From: Mizuhopecten yessoensis | Taxonomy: Eukaryota | Length of the DNA: 64,000 nt | NCBI RefSeq assembly: GCF_002113885.1 | Contig: NW_018404662.1 | Coordinates: 1,040,114 to 1,104,113, forward strand | Direction: 5' to 3' | In this document: in pieces, positions 51,559 to 64,000 of the stretch | Layout of the letters: each line of letters opens with the position of its first letter | Position numbering within the stretch: position 1 is the first letter of the stretch | Notes under the pieces: generated by a model | The model's database searches: none | Told to the model about the DNA's origin: nothing | Seen by the model: only the letters and a program-made list of their open reading frames with translations | Position numbers and translations under genes: made by a program

Positions 51559-52094
51559 GTGCTGAGTTATACTGGGGGGATGTGGTTTGACAGATTACCA
51601 TTGAGGGGATGTTTGATAAGTCTTACTTAATCACCTACACACTTCAGATCAAGGGTTTCCTAATAAGCCCCCTGCTACTTCCTGTATACATGTATATTCT
51701 AGGTATTACAGAAAAACTGTCAGTGTTCATGTCACTTCTAATTAAAATGATGTTGTAATCTGCTCTCTTTGTGACGCTGTTATAAACAGGAAAAGTTATA
51801 TATAGCGGATACTCAATTTCTCTTTTGATATACAGTACATATTATTAAAAAGAAGTTTTCCACTTTAGACTGAAGAGCCTTGCAGACGAGATGAAAGCAC
51901 TTTTCATTCATTATGGAGAATTTATTAACTTTTAATTATTTCTTCAAATTAAGGAACATTTCTATGCTAGATATAAATGCATTAAAACATGACTTGACTA
52001 ATATCATGGGAATGACATTGTGTACAATAAACCATAGTATTTTTGTGGCTGTATAATCATGTCAGATTTTCAGGTGTCAGTGTTGGTAAAGTCT

Positions 52095-52606
52095 AGTGTC
52101 AGTAAAATCTGGTGTCAGTTATGGTAGTAAAATCAATCTATAGTGTCCATTATGTTAGTAAAATCAATCTATAGTGTCCATTATGTCATTAAAATCTGGT
52201 GTCCTTAATGTCATTAAAACCTGTTGGATGGGATGTCATTAAAATCTGGTGTCCGTTATGTCATTGAAATCTGGTGTCCATTATGTCATTGAAATCTGGT
52301 GTCCGTTATGTCATTGAAATCTGGTGTCCATTATGTCATTAAAATCTGGTGTCCATGATGTCATTAAATCTGGTGTCCGTTATGTCATTGAAATCTGGTG
52401 TCCATTATGTCATTGAAATCTGGTGTCCGTTATGTCATTGAAATCTGGTGTCCATTATGTCATTAAAATCTGGTGTCCATGATGTCATTAAATCTGGTGT
52501 CCGTTATGTCATTGAAATCTGGTGTCCATTATGTCATTGAAATCTGGTGTCCGTTATGTCATTAAATCTGTTGTCTGGGATGTCATTAAGATACGGTGTC
52601 CGTTAT
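52095..52606 (+). repeat. 26-27-bp minisatellite
   Basis: TGTCATTGAAATCTGGTGTCC(A/G)TTA. Confidence 0.95.
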
Positions 52607-53792
52607 ATAGGATTTTAATTAAGAAATTATTTGTTGGTGTTGATAAATTCAGGTGTCAGTAAAAATTGATTGTCAGTATGATAAAGCCTCAAAGGTGTGG
52701 TTGAGTCAGTTAAGCTGTTATAAAAAATCAACTTCTCCAAATTATCTCACCAACTTCTCTGTTGGTACACATCTAATTTTTCACTAATAAAACCAGTACA
52801 AGTTCATCTGTCAATCTTATTTCTGTATAGAATTGACCGTGTTTTCGTTCTTTGTCTGAAAATCGAATTGGAAGTGTCACCTTGTATGCTATTTGATTTG
52901 ATGGTATTAAGATACAGATGTGATGATTGCTAAACCTTCCTGACTCAGGATAGACACATGTATATTTTACAGATTTAAGGTGTTTGTTTTAAGGTTTGAG
53001 AGATCAAGTGTTGTGGGATTTCAACACAGATCTAGTACAAAGCCATGGAGCTTGTAGGAAGCATTCAGATGTGTAGGACAAGTTCTCTGTCTGTAGATGT
53101 CAGATGAGTTAGGAAAGCCACATATGTAGGTACTATTACATAATTTAGTTCACAAAAAGTGTGTCATTTTGGCTGGAAGCTGACAACTGTTGATGGCCTT
53201 ATTTAGATGCCTGTGTAGTGTCCTGTGATGTGGTATACGAACCCTCTGTGACATCCTGACTGCGGGGGAGAAGGAGGGTGCATGAAACACTGGCCTATTG
53301 TGTCGTGTGTTTCCTTTGAGGAGATCTTTATAGTTATAACAATTGTGTACTCATTTCCCTTCGGAAATTATTCAAGATTGCAGAGACACTGCAAGTGCAT
53401 AACACTAACTAAAAAAGAGCTGTGACTTTTTCATCTCTCTAGGCTTACGTAGCATGACAGTACTCTCACTCGTAACAGAGATTACATTTGATTATAACAG
53501 TTCTAGATCTACCGCCAATGGCACCAAGAGTGCATGTATCATACTACACCAGAAATTAAGGTTAAGGTCAACAAATTGTTTTTCCCTGTGGACGACATTT
53601 GAGTTTGGTTGGTAACTCGTGACCATCTGCCTCAGCTTTAGATGCGTCAGGCGCACATGAACTTTGCAGATTGAAGTGTCTCTGCTTTAACTGGGTCAAT
53701 GATGTCACCTTAGCTGGAGAATTGACGGCCAAGTCATTATACTGTTTTCAATTGACAACTCTTAAGTACCATTCAAATCAGCTGATTCTAAG

Positions 53793-54192
53793 ATGCTTGA
53801 TAGAGGGTTGATGACGCCGAGCCCCGCGAATGCCTATGCTCTACTTGGTCAGGAAGGAAACTCAGTGGAGCTTAAAACCATTTGTCACACGACCGAATTG
53901 TCATCCTGCAAATTTGCAAAAGATGCTGCACAGCAGATAGTTTATCCCGATTCAGTGAAAATGAAGTGGATGAATTCAGCAGCTTACGAAGGGCAATCAT
54001 TTCAAAATGGTGAATATCATAATAACACTGCACAGATGCCTGAAGCAAGTCATCCTTCTTATCATCGCTTCTCTCATCAGCATCATCAGATGTACAACCA
54101 TTATCATCATCCCCAGCAGCAGCAGCAGCACCTATTGGAAGGAGAAAGAAATCTCCACGAAGAGTTGATATCCTTCCTGGAGGACAAGAAAG
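53793..54192 (+). CDS. Probable first coding exon (133 aa, His/Gln-rich, phase 1) of an unidentified gene
   Basis: AAGATG start, non-repetitive ORF with HHPQQQQQH tract, strong donor AAG|GTAAGG at 54193. Confidence 0.7.
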
Positions 54193-54357
54193 GTAAGGAG
54201 ACTGAAGTCTGCAGGAGGAGTTACTCTCCTTCCTGGAGAACATGAATAGGAAACTTAATGTCTCTGGGAGGCGTTACTCTACCTCCTGGAGAACATGAAA
54301 GATGTATAGGAAACTTAATGTCGCTAGGAGGTGTTACCCTACCTCCTTGAGGACAGA
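54159..54357 (+). repeat. Degenerate about 55-bp tandem repeat spanning the 54192 donor, about 4 copies
   Basis: GA.GAGTT...TCCTTCCTGGAG.ACA.GAA recurs at about 54159, 54215, 54268, 54328. Confidence 0.85.
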
Positions 54358-55026
54358 GATATTTGTTTATTTATATATTTATTAAGGTTGTTTGACCAAT
54401 TAACACAATACTGTTGTAGAGGGCAATGTTGTAGAAGTAAATGGTTGGTGTGTCGAGAGAGACACTGAAATTAAAACGGTAGAAAAGGAAAGATTAAATC
54501 CAAAGTATATAGCAGTGGGTAGAACAGATTAATTTTGGTTTTCTTTATGTTTCCGTATCATAGGACTTGGATTAAAAAACTAATTCTGAAAGTGGGAGAC
54601 AGAGAACACATTAGTTGTTGTAATTGATCAGCTGTGGGATACAGGAGGAGGTATACTATGTACTCCCCTCAACCAGCAGTGGGGGATACCTTATGGATGT
54701 TAGGTGGGATATTCTGGGAAATCCCTGTTATTAAAAAGTGGGAAATACAAGGATTCCCTAGGGTTTAAAAAGCAGGATGAAGTAATTATATATGAGATCT
54801 ATGTTTTTGGCATTTGGATATTATAAAATAGGATAATTCTGGGACAAAATCAAAATGTATACAAAATATATTTTTACATGCACAATATTATAACAGCATG
54901 ATAAAACTTTTTAAAAGTCATTACTCAAAACAGTATCATATAAGATGAAACTATATAACATTTGTAGACAAAATTAACATTAAATAAGATCAGAATGTCT
55001 GTTTCTCAATTCGTCTAAATATAACA

Positions 55027-55287
55027 TTAAAATTACATCATCAGATGAAATTTGTTATGTTAAGCTTGAGAGTTTCAGTGCTATGTATTAAAATTACACC
55101 ATCAGATGAAATCTGTAATGTTAGGCTTGATGTTGGGAATTTCAGTGCTATGTATTAAAATTACACCATCAGATGAAATCTGTTGTTAGGCTTGAGTCAA
55201 GCTGAGAGTTTCAGTGCTATGTATTAAAATTACACCATCAGATGAAATCTGTTGTTAGGCCTGAGGTTTGGAGTCTCAGTGCTATGA
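55027..55287 (+). repeat. About 60-bp tandem repeat, 4 copies
   Basis: TAAAATTACACCATCAGATGAAATCTGT...TTCAGTGCTATGTAT. Confidence 0.9.
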
Positions 55288-55704
55288 TTTGTATCTCCAA
55301 CAAAGAAAAAGCTGCAACTTGTAAGGACATATTCAAACTTGGTTTTGCTTGCCCATTTTTTTATATTTTTTTTCTCTCCATTTTTCATAAAAAGAAATTT
55401 GGACCCATCATAGAGATTTCATTCTAGGACCTTTTTGACGATAAAGGAACACCTTTTCTCCCACCTTTCACAGGTGTGTCTCCCGTTTTAGCCGGGAAAG
55501 ATCAGCTTGTCACCCCCTAGGGGGAGATAGCCTCGTGCCGATAAGCACATGTTCAATTGTGATGTCATTAAAATGCGTCATCGGTAATTGTGACGTCATC
55601 AAAAGTGAATGACGATATGCATACCCCACATGTGTTTTTGTTTACAAACATGGCAGACTACTGTCGGTGGAGCTGTGACTGAAATAATAGGATGGGAGAA
55701 AATT

Positions 55705-55864
55705 AATCATCCCATACTTAAAGGGTGTAACAGAGAAATCTCCAACCCTCGGGGTGATTTTTGTGGTTGTCTAACCCTCGGCAGAGCCTCTGGTTAGACA
55801 ACCAAAAAACATCACCCCTTGGGTTGGAGATTTCTCTGTCACACCCTCAAGGTAGGGGATGATT
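55705..55864. repeat. Long imperfect palindrome (about 78-bp arms), probably a transposon terminus
   Basis: AGGGTGTAACAGAGAAATCTCCAACCC...GGC-AGA-GCC...GGGTTGGAGATTTCTCTGTCACACCCT. Confidence 0.9.
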
Positions 55865-58800
55865 CTGTTAATCCACTAGACTACTGGTTATAATGTTTGT
55901 TTGTTTACACTTTTCCACAACATTAGTACTAATGGTTTTGTAATGCTTTAACTTCATTAACAATATATATAATATAAAAAGAATGAGAAAATAATTTTAC
56001 ACAACCTGCTTACAGCAGAAAAGTGATGGGCATTTTACCTTAGTAGCAGCTGAAGGTTAAATCAGATATAAAGATAAGATGATATATTACATTTTACATG
56101 ACAAGGTATATTTAAATGTTCTAGGATAAACTTTACAAATTTATAGGATGAATTTTATCAGAACATGAATAGTGATCGTAATAAGTAAAGTGTATCACAA
56201 AACAGTGGCTCTATTGGATTATAGTAAACTATGTATCCCCACTGACTTATGTAGTGATGGTATAGCAGGACAATCATATAAGTCATGGCCAGATCAACAA
56301 AACTGTATCTTTTAAAATATTGTAAAGTGTACTGAAATTATTGTTGATAGTGTACCTCAGACAACGATGAAGATGTTACTTGGTTAAAGGGAGATAACTG
56401 TTAAGTATTCACTGTACATTGTTAATGAACACTCGAGTAGAGTGTAAAAGATAAAATGTTATCTGGTAAATTTAAAAACTCTTTTTATTACAAGCTCATT
56501 TTTTATGATTTAGATGACATTGTTTTGGACACAGAGGTGGATTCATGATTTATATATGGTTGTGGTGGTTTTATTTCACGAGTGGTATACAAACTGGCTC
56601 ACACACAATAGATATACAGGTATCTTTGTACTTTATACCAGGGCTACTAATTGTGAAATTTGTACTGGTCGTACCAGGTGTACATGTCCAATGTACAAAG
56701 ATATACAAGTGTTATTAAACTTTAATACAACCCATATCCCTCACATTTTATTGCACATCAATAACACACACCACAACATTTACTCTGAAAAAGTAGAGTT
56801 TTTAACTTTTGGATTTTGGATACGATGATTACTGATGGTGGGGAAGATGAAGATTTAATTTTAGAGGAAGTGTTTGACAGTTTGTCAGATTTTGATATTT
56901 TTGTTACTAGAAGAAATGGAAATCCACACTAAAATGATTAACGGTTCTGACAGGTAAGAATTTCAGGATAAAAAATAATTTTGTTGTTGATGAAGCTGTA
57001 GAAAGAGAAATTTAAAATATTATATTTGGCAGGTAAATGTTGACTTACTCAAGTAAAATTTAAGGTTTCCTTCTTTTTTCATCACAACATTAATATTGTT
57101 GATAAGTTTTTGATTGTAGAAGGTCACTTTCCTGCCACATTTTTAAGTCCATCATTATTCTTACCAGCTACATAATCTGTGAACAGACTTGTGTCAGAAC
57201 TTACAAATTCAATATCCTTTTCTACTAATTGAAAGAGAGTTAGAAATAAGATGTACATATTGTACAGTTAGGGTTAAAGATTTCATGAAATATTTTGCCT
57301 TTTATAAGTTGTAATCATAATGTAAAATAATGTGAAATTTAGTACATTAATTGAAAGTACATTTATGTTAAAACTGTGGACACTGGGATTTGTCTTTAGG
57401 GGTGGACTGTTTAATTCAAGGTTATTCCGGGTGGAAATTAAATTCCTATAATATCTTTCATAAATTAATATGAAGGAGATTTGGCTAAACCAGGTACAGC
57501 CTGATCAGTATCCACTACATGTATCTATGGATATTGATGCCATCAACAAGCTTTAGATCTTTAATGATATGTATTTTTAACTATATTTTTAATGTGTCTC
57601 CTTTCCAAAAATGTTCCAAGATACCTGTGACATGTCTATATAAAAGCTAAAAAGTAACTCAAACATGTTTTATTCATTGGTGTATACATGTAGAAGGTAA
57701 AAAATAATATCAACAAAGTTGCTTCAATTTAGTTTAGTTAGGGTTAATTCATTGATGTATATGTGTAAAAAGCTAAAAGTAATATAAACAGAGTTAATTT
57801 ATTGATGTCTACATGTAAAGGTAACTTGAATAGGTTAATTAATCATGGTGTACACATTAAATGTGAAAGGTCATTTAGAGAGTGTTAATTAATTGATATA
57901 TTTACGTAAAAGGTGTTCAGGTACCTGCTGCAATTGAAGTTTCTAAGGGAGATAACTCAAACATAAATCACAGGCATCTTTTTTAACATAAATCACAGAC
58001 ATGGTCTTTAGGTAGCGTCATGCACTCCTTAACTAATCATACTCCAGAAGTGTTTGTTGAGATATGTTTTCTACAGCAGTACTGATGTGACAGTTACATA
58101 TCATTGACGTATGTACTCTATGTACCTGTAGTTAGCAGCCTCGGTCAATTAACTTACTATGATGGTATGAATCATGTCACAGGAAATATGAACGTGACAA
58201 ATACCTCAAGTGAAATGACTTCAAGCTCTGATGATCAGTAATTATTTCCTTATTTTATGACAAGTTTGTGTTTGTATAATGTAAAAGTTTCTTCTGACGC
58301 TTTATATAATCAGCATTATAAATCTTGTTATATTGCCACCATTTGTCCTAAAGATTATTAGGTAGGAGGTCAGTAATGATTAAAACGCACATTTTCAACA
58401 TGATTGTATGAAACCCAGTCACTTACAAACATATGATATGAGAGGCAATTTCAACAACAGAAACATCTATTTCATCTTTCTTCATTTTTGGTTCACGATT
58501 CATTTTAATCAGACTGTTAGACAAAATGGTGGAATGACTATGTTTTGCCGGAACAAAGATGTATTTTCTATGGTATTCATTTCTGTCACACTACAAGGTT
58601 AAATTAGAAATAATTCAGGAATTTCTATCAAGTTGGAATTTGACAATTAAACGTGATTCAGTTCTCTGAAGTTACACTAGCAGTATTACAGACACTCAAA
58701 CATTTTCTGGTTAGAAATTTTTAATGTGTGATTTCCTGATGTTTTTCTTATAGCCTTTTATAACAACATTTGGGGTTTTTCGAGTTGTAAGAGGCTGTGT

Positions 58801-61800
58801 AACAGAAAATTATGAGATTTAAAAGAATTTTTGAAAAAAATTAGGAAAGGTGATTTAAAATATGTAGTCAGTAATCCAGGTGAAAATGTCACATTTGCAT
58901 CATAAAAAGGTTACATATATACAGTGTATATAAATACATGGACATTGTTATTATAAAACTGGTCATTTGAAATATCTATGGCCACATTCAAAGGAGTAAA
59001 AAAGATTTTTTTTGGAGCATGATGAATTCAAGAAAATATGATGCTACAAAAAATACATTTTAGAAATACAGTCAAGATCTACTGAGGACCACTCAGGAGC
59101 TGCCCATGCTTTATTAGAATAGTACAAGTGAGTTATCTCCCCTGAGGTATGTTAAGATTACCTTATCTGGTGATAGGTAGGTACCTGTATATAGGTGCTC
59201 CCGATGAGCAGCCAGGTAGATACAGGTACGCTGATAACTTATCATAGAGACCTACAACAACAAAGTTTATCAGCTGCTGTACCTGTAGCTTACACAATCT
59301 CGTTAGGCTACCTGCCTAAACCTGAACACTGATTTATCTCCATACAAGCACACTATCACACATCATGTACATTTGACCCAAAATTATGTACTGCACTATC
59401 ATCAAATTATCTTAAGAATTTGTTGATTCAATTTGAACTTTCAAGATGAAGTTTAAAATGAGATGGAAAAAAAGATAATATTCTCCTATTGTAAGCGTAA
59501 TAGTGATAGCCTTATACCTAAACACTACCCTACTTTTCTCCCTCAAAAGTACATTACATTACTGAGTGAACTTAAATCACATGCCCAAATGTACTCTAAC
59601 CAGAATTATGTTTGAAAAAATAATAACCATGATTACTAATCATTCAGTGAATTCACCCATGCCATATAGCTTTTGTATTATTTTAAGAAATTCAGCCTAT
59701 TGTGGCTTCATGAAATGATAATGGAATGGAGTGACAATCTTTCAGATTATGACATCATATCATACACATGGCAGGGAATAGATAGGAAGTTAAAATGGCA
59801 GAATTCTACATTAAAAGAAAGACGTGTAAAAATGTGTTTTACACAATATTCACAAATAGTTGTTGACCATATGATAAAAAAAAAATCAAATATTTTTTTC
59901 ATTTCATGTGAGACTTCTGAAACTCATCATGAATATTTCATTTTAGCTTGTCAGAGGCCTCAAAAACAAAACTTTCTTAAGACTCTGTTATAAATCTTAT
60001 ATTAAATGGAAATTCAATAACATATCAATATCCTATTACAAACGCAGTATATTTTAATGAATTGTTTGACCCAAACACATATAGGATTAAGATAACAATG
60101 TTCTACTACCCATACTAAAGGTGTATCACTGTACAGGAGTTTATCATTTTGTACACGATACACATGTAAAGTTACCCATTTTGAAAGTCATGGTTCATAT
60201 CATTGTGTCATCAAAATTGATGACAATGTACTTAAAATACTGAAATAAAAAAATGGCATTAAAATCTTAACGATGGTTAGAGAATATTGTGTTTGTGACT
60301 ATCTGCATTTAATTTCTTAATGATGTGATACAGGTATTTTATATTCATTTTTGTTTCATATGAAATTATTAAAACTTATTCTTAAGTTTTCTTACTTCAT
60401 TGGCTCTAAATGACATTTTTAACATTTTTCATAAGTCTTTTGGGAGGTGAACACATACCGTATTTGTATTTACATGTATTCAATCTCCCCCCCCTAAAAA
60501 AATGTATATATTGATGCGTATGTGTAATCAATAGACAATTGAAAAATCTCTCAACCTATACGTTCACATATAGATTATTCTTATTATCTTCATTTACTTA
60601 TTTAATGATTGAGGTACATATGTATATATAATTTCTGTATCTACATGTATTCAATTTTTCAACAAAAATAAATAAAATATATATATATATTGATGCCTGT
60701 GTAATATTAATTTGTTTCAAGCTATAAGTTTATGATCGTCTTATTATTGATATAGTCACACTTCACATCTTATGTTGTAAATATTTACTTAAGTGTGGTA
60801 TTTAATGATCACAACAAACACTCCTGTTACACAAGATAAATTGTGGAGGACACTGCAGGTGTCAAGAAGTTCAATATCCATCGAAATGACGAAATCGTAT
60901 CATTCTTAAACACCTATAAAATTTTAGAAAAACCACAAAAATCTGTCAACCTGTGGGAATAAATGTGTTATTTGTGTGATGATTGAAGTCCTGTGAGGTG
61001 TTGGATGATTATATCATATTCACCCTTGGATGGTTATCCAGTGTTCAGTACAGCTTATCTACTTATATTTATCTTGCACTGAAATATCTATGATTTGGTT
61101 GAGTGTTACTTAAATATTGACCAGATATTCACACCGTGCTATCGGCCGAGTTTGTAGAGAGCTTACGCCGAGTAGATAAGGAAGGGGTCCTTCTGTATCT
61201 CTACTGTAAGAGGATTTTAATTGTTGATGGTTAGACCGTGTTAATTGTCTTAGCTCCAAATCTATTGTTGAAGACCTAGAGAACTGTAACTCCTATTACA
61301 CAACCTTCAGTAGTGCTGTTAGGTGGAGTCTTTGATGTAATAGGGATAAGTTTTCACTGGGGGAAGATTTACTGTTTATCAGTCGGAGATTAGAGGCTGA
61401 AATCAGGGGGAGGGGAAGTTTTATCTACGAAGTGATAGTACTTATGTCACCTACAATGGGATCTGCCTCAGTAATCGTGATTAGCTAAGCTATCTTAGAT
61501 ACTCAATGATAGGATGAAAATTTATAACTATATCAAAATTAGTACTTCTGCAATTATGGGTTTAAATGTTAGGTTTTACTTGATTTTAAATATTCTATGA
61601 ATACCACCAACAAAATGAAAGTTAAAAGAAAAGTTCCCAAATGATTAAAATAGATTGCGACTTAGTTTGGGCCAATAATAAGTAACATTTAGTTGAACCA
61701 CTGTCGGCTTTCATGCTATTTATGTTGCTGATATGATTACAAATTCATACAGTAAAACATCGTAACTGCAAACACCATGCACATTCTTGCTTTATAATGA

Positions 61801-64000
61801 AGTAATTGGTGTACCTCAATTGTCTCACAATCACAACCTTCAGGAGTTATGAAAGCGTCAAACCTAAACCATATTGCTGGTGGGGATGTCTTATGAACAT
61901 GGAGAATTTTCCTATGGACCTTGAGATGGTTTTGTGAACATTGTGGATGTGTCATGAATTTATGTGATCGCTTCATGAATATCAGGTGTTGCTTGAACAT
62001 TGACAGCAATCTGTAACAAAATTTACTTAAATAGAATCAGTTTTATTTGGTCCATTTGGTCTTGTCGTAATGTTTTTGTACTCTACAGAAACAAGATTAA
62101 GTAAAGTACCACATTGATGTCAAACTCCGGAAAGTCAAAAGTGCCAGGTTGTCCCCCTTTGATTTGTCTGTTGAGGGTTAGGGTTGGAGTTCTTCGTGAA
62201 CCATTTTGCAGTGTTTTCTGGGTAAAATTGGATATAGCTTTCAATTTACTCAAAAGACAAATGGATATAATGATATTATGAAGAAAATATGATAATGAAT
62301 AAAAAATATAATTATGTAAATATGCTCAAAAGAGAAATTCTTCAAAAAGGGTTCGTAAGAAAAAATCTTCAAAAAAGGGAGGTTTAGAGAAAAGAAATTC
62401 CTCAAAAGGGATAGATATAAGGGGGAAATCTGTAAAGGTGAGATTTGGTCTCTCCCTAATTACATTATTTCTCAGAAAAAGGGAAAGGTCACCTATATCA
62501 AGGTTAGTTTTGACACCTGTAGTATGACAACATTTCAGCAAAATCTTAACTAAATTTGGATTTGGTAGGGTGGTATATGAATGTAACCAAATGTAAAAAT
62601 TAAAACAACACATTTTTATACTGCTGACACCTCAACATCAGTTGGGGCAGAGATTGTGAGCATGCAAAAATAACGAACAAGAATAATCTTGACTTGCACT
62701 GAAAATACTGTAGTGGTAACCTTGAACATGTCAGTCAAGACAGAATTATCACATGTATGGTAAATAAGGGTCAGAAACAGGGACACCCTTACATTGGGTT
62801 CGGTCAGGTCAAATCTGTAAGTGAAAGTAGTTTAGCCAGTAAGTACATCAATTAAAGTAGTATTTTAATAATTAGGATAATGGCCCCGCCATTGACACAG
62901 CATTGAGTGACTTATTTTCCTTCAACCCATCCTTACAATATCATGGTTAACAGTACTAAAAGTCCACCAGTTAATGAATTTTATATGTTGCTACATCTTG
63001 AGGATTATTGAGGAACACATTTAGGTTCTGTAGCTTCCACTTCACTGACAGGTTTCGGCTTTACCTTACCTCATTTCTTAGGTTAGACTTCATGTTAGGG
63101 TTTCTTCCATCATGGCGGGAGTGGGGACATTATGCATGGTTAATATTTTCTTGTTTTATTATAAAGATGATCTATTTGAATAAATAAAAAAAAACAATAT
63201 TGTATAGTACATTTTCTTTCAGTATTTCATTAAATTAGAATAATGAGATAAGGTGTACTGTGCGAGTGTATTTTGAGAATCCTTGATAACACGTTGACAT
63301 ATGTTTTATCTACACAGGTATAGATAAGGTGTGTATCTGAATGACACAGTTCTCTGTGACAGAGATAATTTTATCACAATACAAAGTTCTCCCTCGTCAT
63401 CTCCCTTGCTGATGGTGGCTACTATTCACAATCCTAGTATATATATATAGGCAAGGACACATTTTCTCTCTCAGTCAACATACTGAATCTGTATATGACC
63501 TTGACCTTGAAAATCTAATCGTATCTCACAGCCTAGAATTAATGCGTTGTAATTTCTGCCTCATCTCCAGTTACCTGAATGTGTGTATGGTGGAGCATTT
63601 AATATAGATTCAAATTTACATAGAACTTCATGACAATAAATACATTCGCAGGACAGTTGTATAAAGATGTATACCCTCAAGTCAGAAATGGATGGTATAA
63701 CCTTTGTCCATCTGGGTATGTATATTAATTTAGTAAATAGATGATGCAGTTTATTTATCGAAGAAAATCGAATTAACCTTTCAACATTCTTCATCACATT
63801 TCCTGTTTTTTTGATCAGTTGACATATCAAGATTTGTGAATGTAGACTTTTATTCCTTTGACATTGCAAATTTCCTCTGGATGTCATATATGGTAATTTA
63901 CATCTAAAAATGGTATGCCTTTAAGTTACAATACAAAAGAAATATTTTATGTCAAAATTGTAAGTGACAAAAACTTTCTGAGATAAAGAAAGTTCTCATG

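Noticed and set aside
51865-51910. Minimal hammerhead ribozyme (CTGAAGAG...GAAA)
   Set aside because: Stem II has a mismatch next to the core, and stems I/III cannot be formed convincingly.
56825-56953. Acidic mini-ORF (MITDGGEDEDL...) as a coding exon
   Set aside because: It stops before the donor. The only frame open to the donor from an ATG is phase 2, which does not match the other two candidates. Kept only as a possible non-coding leader.

Overview
This is AT-rich eukaryotic genomic DNA, most likely from a bivalve mollusc (inferred from the SINE, Helentron-type and satellite families). It has one assembly gap (2489-2745). Bases 788-19218 (+) hold a complete 18-exon MATE/SLC47-family transporter gene of about 650 aa. 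I reconstructed it exon by exon; all introns are GT-AG and the phases close. The rest is repeat-rich: a 5.8-kb 67-bp satellite derived from a SINE body, tRNA-derived SINEs, CR1-type LINE relics, Helentron-type non-autonomous elements with internal tandem repeats, tiny LTR-like elements carrying tRNA-like sequence, long hairpins and many minisatellites. A second + strand gene probably starts near 34.4-34.6 kb (CLEAR-type E-boxes and a short phase-1 exon), with a second phase-1 first-exon candidate at 53793-54192; its body lies outside the window. The most striking pattern is that several tandem arrays are built from copies of exon-intron junctions and start exactly at splice sites. Most ORFs in the supplied track are repeat artefacts or chance ORFs.
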